A stretch of DNA of 40,534 bases from a virus (lineage: Duplodnaviria > Caudoviricetes). Where the stretch lies: IMG/VR virus record IMGVR_UViG_3300014208_001117, positions 1-40,534 of that record; one strand, written 5' to 3'. Made by a program: the position numbers and the translations under genes. Every line of letters begins with the position of its first letter. The stretch's first letter is position 1. The notes beneath the pieces were generated by a model. That model did no database searches and had not been told where the DNA came from. It worked only from the letters and a program-made list of their open reading frames with translations. Below are positions 26,125 to 36,426 of this stretch, piece by piece.

Positions 26125-27696
26125 ATGGCGGAAAAAATAATACAACCCTATACGAACATTCCGTACATTCCTTTTCAAAACGGGGATGGCACTTCGCGGA
26201 ACGGCGGGCAATATTTTACGAACGTAAAACAATTGCAGGTCGGGTACGGCAGTTCGGTGTTTCGCATTGACCGCGATGGTATGTGGGCGGGTGCGGAGAA
26301 GTATGCCGATGCGCCGTGGAAGGTGGATTGGAACGGAAATATGGTGGCATCAAGTATCGTTTTGAGCGGATACATTCCGACGGGAGGAGCGGCGGGAGAT
26401 GTGAACAGCGGTTCGGTTACGATCAGTGGCGGGAAGATCACGGCAAATTCCATCGCGGCAGATCGGATGGTTACCGGATCTCTTATCGTCGGAACAAATG
26501 TCGGGCTCGGGACCGCGCAAGATTCTGCGGGGGTAACGACTATCATCGGAAATACGGTTACGACCGGATACGTCAACGCGCTCAATGTTACGGCGCAATA
26601 TGTCGCCGCATCCATCGCGATTTCTTCGCCGACAATAACGGGCGGGACTATTTCCATCGGTTCCGGAAACAATATTTTTAAGGCGGACAGCAATGGAATT
26701 TATCTCGGAAATGCGACCTACGCCTCCGCTCCGTTTCGGGTTTCTATGGCTGGGGCGGTTACCGCTTCGAGTTTGACGCTTACGAACGCTTCCATTGGGT
26801 CAGGGTCTAGCTATACTGGAAATTCTATTGATGCGGCGTATATCGGGAACCTTACGGCGGCGAAGATCACTTCGGGGACGATTACGATCGGAGGAGCTAA
26901 CCAACCGTCAAATATCATTATCGTCGAAAGCAGTTCAGGAAGCGCGGGGGCGACCACTTCATTGCTGCGGTGGGAAAGTACCGGCGGAACTCTCCGCGGG
27001 AAAATATGGTCGGACTCAAGCGGATACATGGGGTACAACGCGATAGGTGGGAAGCACTATTTTTACACGAATGGAAATGAAAATGTCGTCATTTTGGACG
27101 GGGCGCAAACCGTATTTCAGGAAGGAATTTCTTGCCGCGGTTCATTTAATGTCGGTGTGCCAAACAGCACGACAGAGGATGCACGGTTTACGAATAATGT
27201 TTATTTTGATGCGACGAATTCGACTGCTCAGTATATTTGGGGAGGAAGCGGGCAGATTGTGATCGGCTCGGTTTCAAGTGGAGGAAGTATCGCATTGACT
27301 ACTGGAACGAACGGTTATGTTTCACTCAATTGGTTAAAAGCATCGGGAACAAGTCCACAGATCGGAACATCTGACGGAAGATTTTATTTTTATGGAAGTA
27401 CCGTACGCTATACAACATTAACCAATGATTCCGATAGAAACGTAAAAAAGAATATTTCTCCAACTCTGTATGGGCTTAAAGAAATTGAAGCTCTTTCTCC
27501 AGTTAATTTTGAATATCTTGAAAATGACAAAAATAAACACATCGGCTTTATAGCTCAAGATGTTGAAAAAATAATGCCTGAGATTGTTTCCGACGATGAG
27601 GGAAAAAAGTGCATGTCTACGATTGAAATTATTCCTGTTCTTGTTCGAGCTGTTCAGGAACTTTCTGAAGAAATTAAAAAGCTTAAAAACAAATAG
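26125..27696 (+). CDS. Tail spike/fibre with C-terminal intramolecular chaperone (peptidase S74)
   Basis: G/S/T-rich beta repeats; SDRNVKKNI...GFIAQDVEKIMPEIV...AVQEL. Confidence 0.88.
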   Translation: MAEKIIQPYTNIPYIPFQNGDGTSRNGGQYFTNVKQLQVGYGSSVFRIDRDGMWAGAEKYADAPWKVDWNGNMVASSIVLSGYIPTGGAAGDVNSGSVTISGGKITANSIAADRMVTGSLIVGTNVGLGTAQDSAGVTTIIGNTVTTGYVNALNVTAQYVAASIAISSPTITGGTISIGSGNNIFKADSNGIYLGNATYASAPFRVSMAGAVTASSLTLTNASIGSGSSYTGNSIDAAYIGNLTAAKITSGTITIGGANQPSNIIIVESSSGSAGATTSLLRWESTGGTLRGKIWSDSSGYMGYNAIGGKHYFYTNGNENVVILDGAQTVFQEGISCRGSFNVGVPNSTTEDARFTNNVYFDATNSTAQYIWGGSGQIVIGSVSSGGSIALTTGTNGYVSLNWLKASGTSPQIGTSDGRFYFYGSTVRYTTLTNDSDRNVKKNISPTLYGLKEIEALSPVNFEYLENDKNKHIGFIAQDVEKIMPEIVSDDEGKKCMSTIEIIPVLVRAVQELSEEIKKLKNK

Positions 27697-27710
27697 GAAA
27701 AATGTCTACC

Positions 27711-28166
27711 TTACTCCCAACATCGTTTTTCAGCACTATCCCACTTGGTAATTTCAGGCCATTTGCCGTTATTTTCTTCAAGCTGTTTTATTGCTGCGTT
27801 TCGTCTTTCATCTCTTTGTTTAATGTCAGGAGTGGAGAGCTCAACGATTTGACACGCTTTTTCTTTGGAAAGAGTGGAAAGATACGCATCCCATTCTTCA
27901 GATGTTTTGCTATCAATTTTTATTCCCGTTACGGTCTCAATAGGATTTGGAATATTTGCCCCCGCCGCCTTAGCATCCAATTCATTCACTCTGTTCTCAA
28001 GATTATCGACTCTTCCCGTCAAAGAATCCACCTGCTCGGCGACTATTTGCACGGCTTCTCCGGGAGTTTTTCCGGCGATGAGAGAAGTGGTAAACGATCC
28101 GCCCGCAACCAGAGTAGGGACTCCGAGTATTACCGCGGCGGTATAAATGGCGATTTTGTTTTTCAT
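27711..28166 (-). CDS. Moron-like exported/membrane protein
   Basis: Only credible minus-strand phage gene; signal-like N-terminus, coiled coil, own promoters. Confidence 0.75.
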   Translation of the reverse strand: MKNKIAIYTAAVILGVPTLVAGGSFTTSLIAGKTPGEAVQIVAEQVDSLTGRVDNLENRVNELDAKAAGANIPNPIETVTGIKIDSKTSEEWDAYLSTLSKEKACQIVELSTPDIKQRDERRNAAIKQLEENNGKWPEITKWDSAEKRCWE

Positions 28167-28175
28167 AATAGAATG

Positions 28176-28332
28176 GTTATAACATAAAGTTATTAATATG
28201 TAAATATCTTACCAACAGATAATTAAAAAGTCAAATGAGTCCTCCACAAAAAGAAAACTCCCCGGGAAGGGAGTCCTCAAAAATCAATATCAATGTTGCT
28301 TTAATATTAGCAAAAGCACTTAGCTTTGTCAA
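28176..28332 (-). promoter_or_regulatory. Three stacked sigma70-type promoters on the minus strand
   Basis: TTGACA-17-TAATAT (28332-28304), TTGACT-17-TAAGAT (28234-28206), TTTACA-17-TATAAC (28204-28176); all have a TGn extension. Confidence 0.75.
28248..28297 (-). ncRNA. Candidate ~50-nt small RNA
   Basis: Consensus promoter followed by the terminator actccc-ttcccg-gggagt-tttcttttt on the minus strand; no ORF. Confidence 0.5.
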
Positions 28333-28339
28333 ACATTTT

Positions 28340-28474
28340 ATGTACGAAGCAAAAACACTTACGCCCACGCAAGAACAACGTTACAAAAGAATTTTGTGGC
28401 ACACTTTTTGCGCCCTTTCAATGCTCGTGTGTGTAACTTGCATGGGCATTGCTCTTATTATCCACGGATTTTAA
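28340..28474 (+). CDS. 44-aa hydrophobic peptide
   Basis: MYEAK...ILWHTFCALSMLVCVTCMGIALIIHGF; one TM helix. Confidence 0.55.
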   Translation: MYEAKTLTPTQEQRYKRILWHTFCALSMLVCVTCMGIALIIHGF

Positions 28475-28493
28475 TCATTAAAAATAACATCGT

Positions 28494-28697
28494 ATGAAAA
28501 AAGAAAAAACAATACAAGAGCGCGCGGAGGCATTCGTTAAGGAAGAAAATTCTCTTATAGAAAAGTACAATTTGGATCGCCAGATTCTATTCACTTTTCC
28601 GGGAAAGAAAAAGGTTCCTTTCTTCGGGAAAGTGTCGGTGCGATTCCTCAAGTGGTCGGGAGGAATTATAGAATTTCAATTTAACGATAAAAAATAA
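28494..28697 (+). CDS. Hypothetical protein
   Basis: ORF packed against the LysM gene. Confidence 0.6.
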   Translation: MKKEKTIQERAEAFVKEENSLIEKYNLDRQILFTFPGKKKVPFFGKVSVRFLKWSGGIIEFQFNDKK

Positions 28698-28704
28698 AAA
28701 TACT

Positions 28705-29997
28705 ATGCCACAAACATACACAGTGCAAAAAGGCGATACCGCCAATACTATCGCCCAAAAGTACGGCTTCAAAAATTACAAAGAAGCCAATATCTCGGGG
28801 TTCAAGTCGGGAAGTCCGGATCTCATTCAACCGGGTGAGGTTCTCAATATCAACAAGGCGCCGGATATTCCGGCAAGTCCCGCCAAGGTGGGGAACATGA
28901 ACGATGCATCTTCTTTTATCAACGCGAAACAGGATGAAGACATCGCCGACGCGACAAAGATGGACGAGCCGCCGGTCCGAAATTCCGCGCAGGAACTCGC
29001 TGATGCTTTCAAGGGAATGACCGGGAAAACAAGTTTGGTTCCTACAGTCGCGCCGACTTCTCCGAGTTTTGAGGACTCTTTCAAAACGCTCCGGTCGCAA
29101 TACGGCGTTGACGGGTTGGAAACAACCATCAACGACCTTGACGCGCAGGAAGCGGACTTGCAGGCGACAAGAAGACAGCAAACGGCGACGGAAATGGACA
29201 AGCCGGTTGCCATGAATGTCATATCCGGGCGTGTGAGCGAGGAAGAACGCGCTTTCAATGAACGTCTTGACGTTATTCAGCGGCAGAAGGCGAGGGCTGT
29301 TTCTCAGCTTCAAACAGCGAATACGGCGATAGAGAACGTAATGAATTTTAAGAAATTGGATTATGATGTTGCAAAAGCAAATTACGATACGGAGTTCAGT
29401 CAAAATATTCAACTTTTTAACACCATCAAGGGCGTTCAGGATACCGCAACATCGGAGAAAGAACATGATGAGGATGTCGCGCGATCAAACTTGCAGATCA
29501 TCTACAATGCATTCAAAGACGGAGACGCCGACCCGTCTCTTTTGGATGATTCACTGAAATCAAAAATCGGGAAAATGGAACTTCAAGCTGGGTTGCCTCT
29601 CGGGTTTTACGATACCATCAAGGTTCAAAACCCTGATGGAAAAATTCTCTCCACGACGACGAGGACGACCGGCGGAACAAAATATGCGGACATCATATAT
29701 CAAAACAAAGATGGTTCGCTTAAGACATCGCAGGTGCGTCTTGGCGCGACCACGGAAGGCGACGCCGCTAAACCAACCGAGGCTGATTTGGAACGCGACC
29801 AACGGTCAAAAACATTACAGTATTTCAAACAATCCGGTATCGGAGGAGACGGGTTCACTTCACCGGAGGCGTATATGGCGGCTCGCAAAGCATGGATTGC
29901 CGACGTAAAAGGCGCGACACCTTCCGAATTTGACGATATTTTTGCGAAAGATTATCTCAATCCGGAGAGCTATGAAAAGGCAGGCATTTCATACTAA
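28705..29997 (+). CDS. LysM-domain coiled-coil protein, putative ejection protein
   Basis: YTVQKGDTANTIAQKYG...PDLIQPGEVLNI. Confidence 0.8.
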   Translation: MPQTYTVQKGDTANTIAQKYGFKNYKEANISGFKSGSPDLIQPGEVLNINKAPDIPASPAKVGNMNDASSFINAKQDEDIADATKMDEPPVRNSAQELADAFKGMTGKTSLVPTVAPTSPSFEDSFKTLRSQYGVDGLETTINDLDAQEADLQATRRQQTATEMDKPVAMNVISGRVSEEERAFNERLDVIQRQKARAVSQLQTANTAIENVMNFKKLDYDVAKANYDTEFSQNIQLFNTIKGVQDTATSEKEHDEDVARSNLQIIYNAFKDGDADPSLLDDSLKSKIGKMELQAGLPLGFYDTIKVQNPDGKILSTTTRTTGGTKYADIIYQNKDGSLKTSQVRLGATTEGDAAKPTEADLERDQRSKTLQYFKQSGIGGDGFTSPEAYMAARKAWIADVKGATPSEFDDIFAKDYLNPESYEKAGISY

Positions 29998-30022
29998 TTT
30001 TTATTTTTAACAAAGCATTATC

Positions 30023-33000
30023 ATGGGAGCAATAGACGAACTTCTCACGAGCACAAAAAAAGAGGGGGTGAGTATCAAGTCCTCACGAACAGAGCAAGCA
30101 ACGCCGCGGGGTAGCGGTGGTGCTATCGACGAACTTCTATCGCAAACGAAACAAAAAACGCGAACGTCGCAAGTCCAGTCGACCGTTGGAATAAAACCGG
30201 TTGCGGAACCAAAGAAAGGGTTTTTTGCTCTCGCGGTTGACGCCGGTGCAAACGTTATCAAATTCGGACTTGATGCTTTCAATGCTTCACAGCAAAAAAT
30301 TGCCGTCCGCTCGTTTGGACTCAATGAACTTACGCGAGGAAATATCATTAAAAAAACGGATCCGCTGACAGGGAAAAGTACACTTACCACTGACCGTCTT
30401 CTGAAATATAAGGCGGCAAAAACCCCCGAGGAAAAAGCGATGATACTTTCGGAATCGCAGGCGGAGGCGCCTCTTGTGAAAATTCTCAATTCTTCGGGAG
30501 GAAAGGCGGTCATAAAAGGAGTTTCCGGCGCGACTTCTAACCTACCGCTCAAAACCATGGCAGCGTTTCAAGCGATCGGCGACAAGACGTACGATCAAGC
30601 ATACAGCGCATGGCTTTCTGAGAGAAACGATCCAGCGAACCCGACATGGAAAAAATTTCTGTATGAATTGCAAGACAGCGCTCCGCAAAGCGCTATTGGT
30701 GTTTTGCTTGCGCTTGGCACTTCCGCTGCGACGAGATCGCCCAATGCGGGATTTGCCGTATCGGGTGCGTATTATTCCGCCCTATCTGCCGATGAACAGC
30801 TGCAAGAACGAGGAAAAGTGGACAGTCTCGGAAATATTGCCATTGATACGATCGGCGACGAAATGCTCGGGAAACTTCTCATTGGCGTGCTCGGAAAAGG
30901 GAAGGGTGCGATCTCTACGACGCTCAAAGGTATGGGGGTAGAGGGATCAACCGAAGTAACTCAATCACTGTTGAAGTACGCGAACGATTATGGAAATGCC
31001 GGTACAGAAAAGCAAAAACAAACGGTGCTTGATAGCGCTAAAAAATATATTACATCAGGCGAAATGCTCATGGAATTCGGAGTGGGTGCCGTGTCGGGAG
31101 GTATTATCGGAGGAGCGACAAGCGCCATTGACGCACTTTTAAACCCCTCCATTCAGCCGAAAAAGAAAACCGCCACTCCGCCGGAAAAAGATGATAGCAA
31201 TGATGGGATACTTAAAGAGCCGAGCACAATCCCCATATCGGCCGAAGTCACGACCGACATCACCAAGGCGCGGAATGAACTCACCGCACTTGAACGAACG
31301 GCAGATGTAAACGACGATCAGACTGCCGGCATCGTAGCAAACCTACGCGATACATTGAACGACTATACTACGGCATTCAACGATAAGACGGTTTATGTTC
31401 CGAGCGAGAAAACGAATGCGCCGCTTATCGAGATCACCACGTCAACTTTTCCGGATGGAAAGGTCGCGGTGAAATTCTCCGCGAATACGGAAACGAACGG
31501 TTTTTCTTCCGCTTATGACTTTACTCAGCTTTTTGACTCCAAGGAATCCGCCACAAAAAATGCAAAGCGTGCAATCATTGCGTGGGCGCAATCTCAGGAG
31601 ACTACGGATCCGCAGGAAAAAGCGCAGTATGAGAAAATCGTTGACTACACCCAAAATCCGAGGGCGCCGATCGCGAAAGAAGCAAAAGCTCAAAGCGGTC
31701 TCGAGACAAAGAAAAAGGGAACAAAAAAATATCCTACAATTCACGAAGGCGGAGTTATCAAAATGGTAGAGGGCGAACCGGTAAAAATTGTTGACGGCAT
31801 AGAAACATTTTTACACGAAGGAGACGGGGGATGGGTTATCAGCGAGGCGACAACGGGAAGAGTCGTTGCCGAAAGCAGAAGCCGGGAAGGTGTTATCGCA
31901 AAAGCCGGTTTTACAATAGATGATGTCGGGGTAGAAAAGTACAAGAAACTTATTACGGATAATAAATTAAGAAAAAATGAGACGGCGAAAAAAGAAAAAA
32001 GCGGTTCTAAAGCACTTGAATATCGTTCGGCAAACTCGGATCTGATCGCCGGAAAAATGACCGACGCGCAGGCAAAAGAAATTTTTGCAAAAAACAAAAA
32101 AGACCTTGAGCCGATCACCGGGAAATACGATTTTTCAACAGTCGAAGAAGCGGAAGCATTTTTGAGATCAAAGATCGGAGAAAAACTTTACAGCAAGGTT
32201 TTGGACTCCGATTTTTATGTGAACGAATTGACTATTGAACATTTCTTTGGAGAAAGACGGAAAGAATCGGACAAACTTCGCCGCGCAAAATTACTTGGAC
32301 CGGGTCTTGAAATTATAGAAGATAAAGGAATACTCGCCGCTATTGATGACGTAACTGATAAAGAAAAAGGTATCGTGTATTACGATATTCTCGGAAAATC
32401 TCCCGAAGGAGAAAATATCATCATCCGTGCAAAGCTTTCTGAGGCAAACAAAAACGGCAAAGTCTACTTTACCGTTTCTGATATTTCCGGCGGGGCTCCC
32501 GTTCCCGCAACGCCATCGAGTGGCCGCCGACCGGGGAGACTTACGGCATCGGAAATTGATAAAAGCAGTATACCACAAGCCACAAAAGAAAGCAAATTAC
32601 CGTCAAAAATGCCTGAAAAATCAAACGGTGGCAGAAAGTTCGGACAAGTGCATCCGCGCACGCCAGAAGGCGAAATCTGGGGTCCGGCACCGGAAAAAGA
32701 AGGTGCTCCGCTGCCGAAAGTTATGGGAAATATCGACCAGATCAATCCGATAGAACTTCCCGAACTGGTGGATATTGCCCGGGAGATAATGGGAAGGGTG
32801 CCGGAGGTTTCAAAACGAACGGGGAAGGCGCTTGGTTTCTTTAAGCCGAATCCGTTGGAACCGAAAATCACGATACTCGCATCGCTCTTTGAGGAGGATA
32901 AACTCCCGATGGTAACCAAAGTGCTCGCGCATGAAGTCGGACATCTCACTGATTTTCTTCCCGAGAAAACCATGAAGCGCGGAAATCTTCTCGGGCGTTT

Positions 33001-36000
33001 GTTCACGTTGCGGTCGTTCATGTCGGAGACGTTTAATCCCGATACTGAAAAAAGTTTTACTGCAAAAGATCGGGCAAAAGTTCGGCAAGAAGTGGAGGAG
33101 GAAGTGATGGACGAACTTGGATTTTTAACCAAAAAAGAAATGCTTGCCGATGAGAAAGCGAAAGCGCTCATTAAAGAACGAAATAAAGAAGCGGTTAAAG
33201 TTGCCCTTGAAAAAGGAGGTTTTATCAAGGACGAAACGATCAGAAAAGAACTGCTTGCGGTTACCCGCTATTGGAGTCCTTACGATCCGGCGAAAGTAAA
33301 AGCATCATACCGCACCTATCGTGAAAGTTCCGTTGAGCTTTATGCGGAAGCCATATCAATGCTGTTTAATGCACCGAACCGCTTGCGCGACATGGCGCCA
33401 ACCTTTTACGAAAGATATTTTGCAGCGCTTGACGCGAAACCGAGCGTGCGTAACGTCTACTTTGAAATTCAGGCGCTGCTTTCCGGCGACCGGGAACTTA
33501 TCACGAAACGCCGCAGAGAAGGGGTGCGCACGATGTTTAAAGAAGGGGACTACAAAGCTATTGATCTGCATAATCGTCGCGCGGCGGAAAAAGAAGAACG
33601 CCGAAAAAATTATTGGGAGCACTTCAAGCACACGATGATCGACAAGAATTTCCAGATAATTGATCGCGTGAAAGCGGCAAAACGAGCGGGGAAAACAATC
33701 AATCCCGACGAAGACCCGACGTATTTTTTGGAAGAGAGAAATTATATCGGAGGCAAGATCAAAGCAGTATTTGATCGAGAGTTCGGAAAAATATATGACA
33801 CGGTAAACAAAAACGGCATTGCATGGGAAGACTTCGGTGAAATGCTGTTTTATATGCGCATTGCCGCCGGGGACAGATCTGATGTAGCAAATCCGAGGGG
33901 GATTACACCGGAAGCCGCCAAAGAACTCGCTGAAAAAGTAACGGAAATATACGACGCAAAACAGCGGGAAATTTTCGCCGCACAGATCGAGAAATTCCAC
34001 AAAGCCGTTCAAAAGATAAATGAGGAAGCGTTTGAAGCGGGGTTATACAAACCCGAGCTATATAAGAACATGATGGAAAATCCGGCATACGTTTCTTTTC
34101 AAGTTCTCGATCATCTTGAGGACGGTATGACCTCACGCGTTTACAAATCTCTCGGAACGCTGAAAGATATTGCCAATCCGGCCGATGCAACGATGCTCAA
34201 AGTGATCTCGACGATCAGAGCGGCCGAAAGAAATAAGACATCGAAAGCAACAGTAGATTTTTTGCTCAAAGAATTTAGGGGAGAGATCGAAGAAGCCAAA
34301 TACACCGGAAGCAAAAAAGGACGTTTCCCCGTCCCCTCGCGTGATCCGAACAAAAAACTCATTACGTATTTTGAGAAGGGCACGATCAAAGGATATTACG
34401 TTGATCCGTATATTGCCGACAGTATCAACAATGAAAGCATCGGACATAACGCTCCGATCGTTCCGGTGATTCGTTTTATGAACAAGGTGTGGTTTCGCCC
34501 GGTGTTCATATCATTTAATCTAGGATTTCAAAGTTTCAACCTGATTCGCGACTTCGTGCGCTTCTACAAAAATGTGCCGGACATGACATTTTTGCGCGCG
34601 ATGAAAAGATACGGACAAGCCGGCCGTATTGCAAAAATCAGAGCTTTTGGCTTGCCGGAAAATCCGACAGGAAAAGACCTTGAAGCGGCCAATCTGTTAA
34701 ACCGACTTGAAGAAGAAAAGGTACTCTCTGTAACCTTTAACGATCTCATTAATGGGGAAACAGACTTTGACAAACAGGTGGAGAAAATATTGGCGGATAC
34801 GGGAATAAAGGATTTTCAGCCGAAACCTTTGGTTGAAAGAAGTGTAGAAAAAATACGACCAAAATTTGTCCGGCCTGTCATCACAGGAGCACACACTGCT
34901 CTTGAGAAAACAGGAGTATTAAAAGCAACAGGTTCAATTCTCGGAACAATTGAAAAGCTCGGCAATCTCATCGAAACGTTGCCGAAAGCTGCCGGGGTGT
35001 TTGAATATACGTCAAAAAATGAAAATGGGTGGCTGTCTAAAGACCAAAAAAGTTTCATCCGGCGCAAGATCGGATCGCCGGATTTCCTCGCGGGAGGAAC
35101 CTACAAACCTATCACTAATGAAGTATTCTTGTTTTCAAACGCGATCATTCAGGGCATTCGTTCTGATGTCGAAGTTGCAAGCGATCCAGTAACTCGTTCG
35201 GGATTTTGGTGGAAAACTACTCGCGTTGTGTTCTTGCCAAAAATACTCATGATGGCTGTTCTTCTAGGATTTTTCGGCGATGAATACAAGGAGCTTATGG
35301 AAGGAGCAAGCGAATACGATAAGACGAATTACACAATCGTTCCACTCGGAAAAGATACCAACGGAAAGCCGATCTATACGCGCGTACCCGTTGATGAAAC
35401 TTCCCGTTTTTTGGGAGGTATCTTTTGGAAACTTCTGACTCTTTCGTCTGGGGATAGGAACGTCGCGCAGGACGTAATGGACATTGCGAGCTACACAGGA
35501 GGACAAATTCCGAGCATTTCTCCTGCCATTGAGAGTTTCTCGGCCGCCTCTCAGTTTTTGTCCGGGCAAAACCCTTACGATTATTTCCGTGGTAAAAACG
35601 TCATATCAGATACGACTTTTAAGGCGGGCGGATTGCCTGCTGCCCAATCTTATCTCGGCTGGCAATTTCAACAATTGGGCGGGGGTATCTTTTATAAGTT
35701 CTATCATGAACCAACCATACCCAAAGAGCAGGGTGTTGCGGAGCGCGTGTTTAACCTCCCCGTTTTTGGCAACATTGCCGGTCGGTTTGTGCGCGTTTCA
35801 GACTACGGACAAGTCGAAAAGCTTAATGCCGTTGAGAAAAAAGCGGAGCAGAAAAAAGCGCGAGAAACATTGCTTGAACGCGAACTCATTAGCAAATATG
35901 TGAAGGAGGCGCAGGATAAAAAAATACGCTTCAACACTTCTTCACTTGAAAATTCTATGGTGAAAGAGCGTTACAATGGAATGCCAAAAAACAAAACGGA

Positions 36001-36232
36001 TGCCGAGGATGCCCGCCGTCTCGTTAAAAAATTCCGCATTTCTCTCAGACGCGGATCCGCCGATGCAAACACGATCTCTCTTATTGACGCCAGCTCAAAC
36101 GCTGCCAAACTTGAAATCCTTAAAACTATTCGTTTGGAAATGGACGCAAAAGAATTTTCGAGTTTGCGAAACGAGCTTTTAAGGGGTAAGATTGTATCAC
36201 AAGACGTTTTTAACAAACTGAGAAATGAATAA
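30023..36232 (+). CDS. Large polyvalent / DNA-ejection protein (2069 aa)
   Basis: Gly/Ala-rich hydrophobic N-terminal region, zincin-like AHEVGH...ELYAE, LPD38-like C-terminal region; podovirus internal-protein position. Confidence 0.8.
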   Translation: MGAIDELLTSTKKEGVSIKSSRTEQATPRGSGGAIDELLSQTKQKTRTSQVQSTVGIKPVAEPKKGFFALAVDAGANVIKFGLDAFNASQQKIAVRSFGLNELTRGNIIKKTDPLTGKSTLTTDRLLKYKAAKTPEEKAMILSESQAEAPLVKILNSSGGKAVIKGVSGATSNLPLKTMAAFQAIGDKTYDQAYSAWLSERNDPANPTWKKFLYELQDSAPQSAIGVLLALGTSAATRSPNAGFAVSGAYYSALSADEQLQERGKVDSLGNIAIDTIGDEMLGKLLIGVLGKGKGAISTTLKGMGVEGSTEVTQSLLKYANDYGNAGTEKQKQTVLDSAKKYITSGEMLMEFGVGAVSGGIIGGATSAIDALLNPSIQPKKKTATPPEKDDSNDGILKEPSTIPISAEVTTDITKARNELTALERTADVNDDQTAGIVANLRDTLNDYTTAFNDKTVYVPSEKTNAPLIEITTSTFPDGKVAVKFSANTETNGFSSAYDFTQLFDSKESATKNAKRAIIAWAQSQETTDPQEKAQYEKIVDYTQNPRAPIAKEAKAQSGLETKKKGTKKYPTIHEGGVIKMVEGEPVKIVDGIETFLHEGDGGWVISEATTGRVVAESRSREGVIAKAGFTIDDVGVEKYKKLITDNKLRKNETAKKEKSGSKALEYRSANSDLIAGKMTDAQAKEIFAKNKKDLEPITGKYDFSTVEEAEAFLRSKIGEKLYSKVLDSDFYVNELTIEHFFGERRKESDKLRRAKLLGPGLEIIEDKGILAAIDDVTDKEKGIVYYDILGKSPEGENIIIRAKLSEANKNGKVYFTVSDISGGAPVPATPSSGRRPGRLTASEIDKSSIPQATKESKLPSKMPEKSNGGRKFGQVHPRTPEGEIWGPAPEKEGAPLPKVMGNIDQINPIELPELVDIAREIMGRVPEVSKRTGKALGFFKPNPLEPKITILASLFEEDKLPMVTKVLAHEVGHLTDFLPEKTMKRGNLLGRLFTLRSFMSETFNPDTEKSFTAKDRAKVRQEVEEEVMDELGFLTKKEMLADEKAKALIKERNKEAVKVALEKGGFIKDETIRKELLAVTRYWSPYDPAKVKASYRTYRESSVELYAEAISMLFNAPNRLRDMAPTFYERYFAALDAKPSVRNVYFEIQALLSGDRELITKRRREGVRTMFKEGDYKAIDLHNRRAAEKEERRKNYWEHFKHTMIDKNFQIIDRVKAAKRAGKTINPDEDPTYFLEERNYIGGKIKAVFDREFGKIYDTVNKNGIAWEDFGEMLFYMRIAAGDRSDVANPRGITPEAAKELAEKVTEIYDAKQREIFAAQIEKFHKAVQKINEEAFEAGLYKPELYKNMMENPAYVSFQVLDHLEDGMTSRVYKSLGTLKDIANPADATMLKVISTIRAAERNKTSKATVDFLLKEFRGEIEEAKYTGSKKGRFPVPSRDPNKKLITYFEKGTIKGYYVDPYIADSINNESIGHNAPIVPVIRFMNKVWFRPVFISFNLGFQSFNLIRDFVRFYKNVPDMTFLRAMKRYGQAGRIAKIRAFGLPENPTGKDLEAANLLNRLEEEKVLSVTFNDLINGETDFDKQVEKILADTGIKDFQPKPLVERSVEKIRPKFVRPVITGAHTALEKTGVLKATGSILGTIEKLGNLIETLPKAAGVFEYTSKNENGWLSKDQKSFIRRKIGSPDFLAGGTYKPITNEVFLFSNAIIQGIRSDVEVASDPVTRSGFWWKTTRVVFLPKILMMAVLLGFFGDEYKELMEGASEYDKTNYTIVPLGKDTNGKPIYTRVPVDETSRFLGGIFWKLLTLSSGDRNVAQDVMDIASYTGGQIPSISPAIESFSAASQFLSGQNPYDYFRGKNVISDTTFKAGGLPAAQSYLGWQFQQLGGGIFYKFYHEPTIPKEQGVAERVFNLPVFGNIAGRFVRVSDYGQVEKLNAVEKKAEQKKARETLLERELISKYVKEAQDKKIRFNTSSLENSMVKERYNGMPKNKTDAEDARRLVKKFRISLRRGSADANTISLIDASSNAAKLEILKTIRLEMDAKEFSSLRNELLRGKIVSQDVFNKLRNE

Positions 36233-36395
36233 GGAAAAAATCAAAGAATATCTCATTGGTTTCGGAGAATTATTGAAATTTCTTCTTATTGTATTTTTTT
36301 GGGTTGCAATTTTTTTGAGTATATTTTTACCAAATCACTGGCTTTATCCGAACCTGTACCCCGAAGAACAAGGGCAGAGGGAGTATGAACAATAA
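36225..36395 (+). CDS. 56-aa membrane protein (not in ORF track)
   Basis: MNKEKIKEYLIGFGELLKFLLIVFFWVAIFLSIFLP...; overlaps the previous stop. Confidence 0.55.
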   Translation: MNKEKIKEYLIGFGELLKFLLIVFFWVAIFLSIFLPNHWLYPNLYPEEQGQREYEQ

Positions 36396-36426
36396 AAGGA
36401 AAACCGCCAAGTGCGGTTTTTCTTTT
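36394..36426 (+). terminator. Intrinsic terminator (possibly bidirectional)
   Basis: aaaaccgc-caagt-gcggtttt flanked by A and T runs. Confidence 0.8.

Noticed and set aside
30023-36232. Tape-measure protein or virion RNA polymerase
   Set aside because: No tail tube or tail chaperone genes; no RNA polymerase catalytic motifs recognised; layout fits podovirus ejection proteins.
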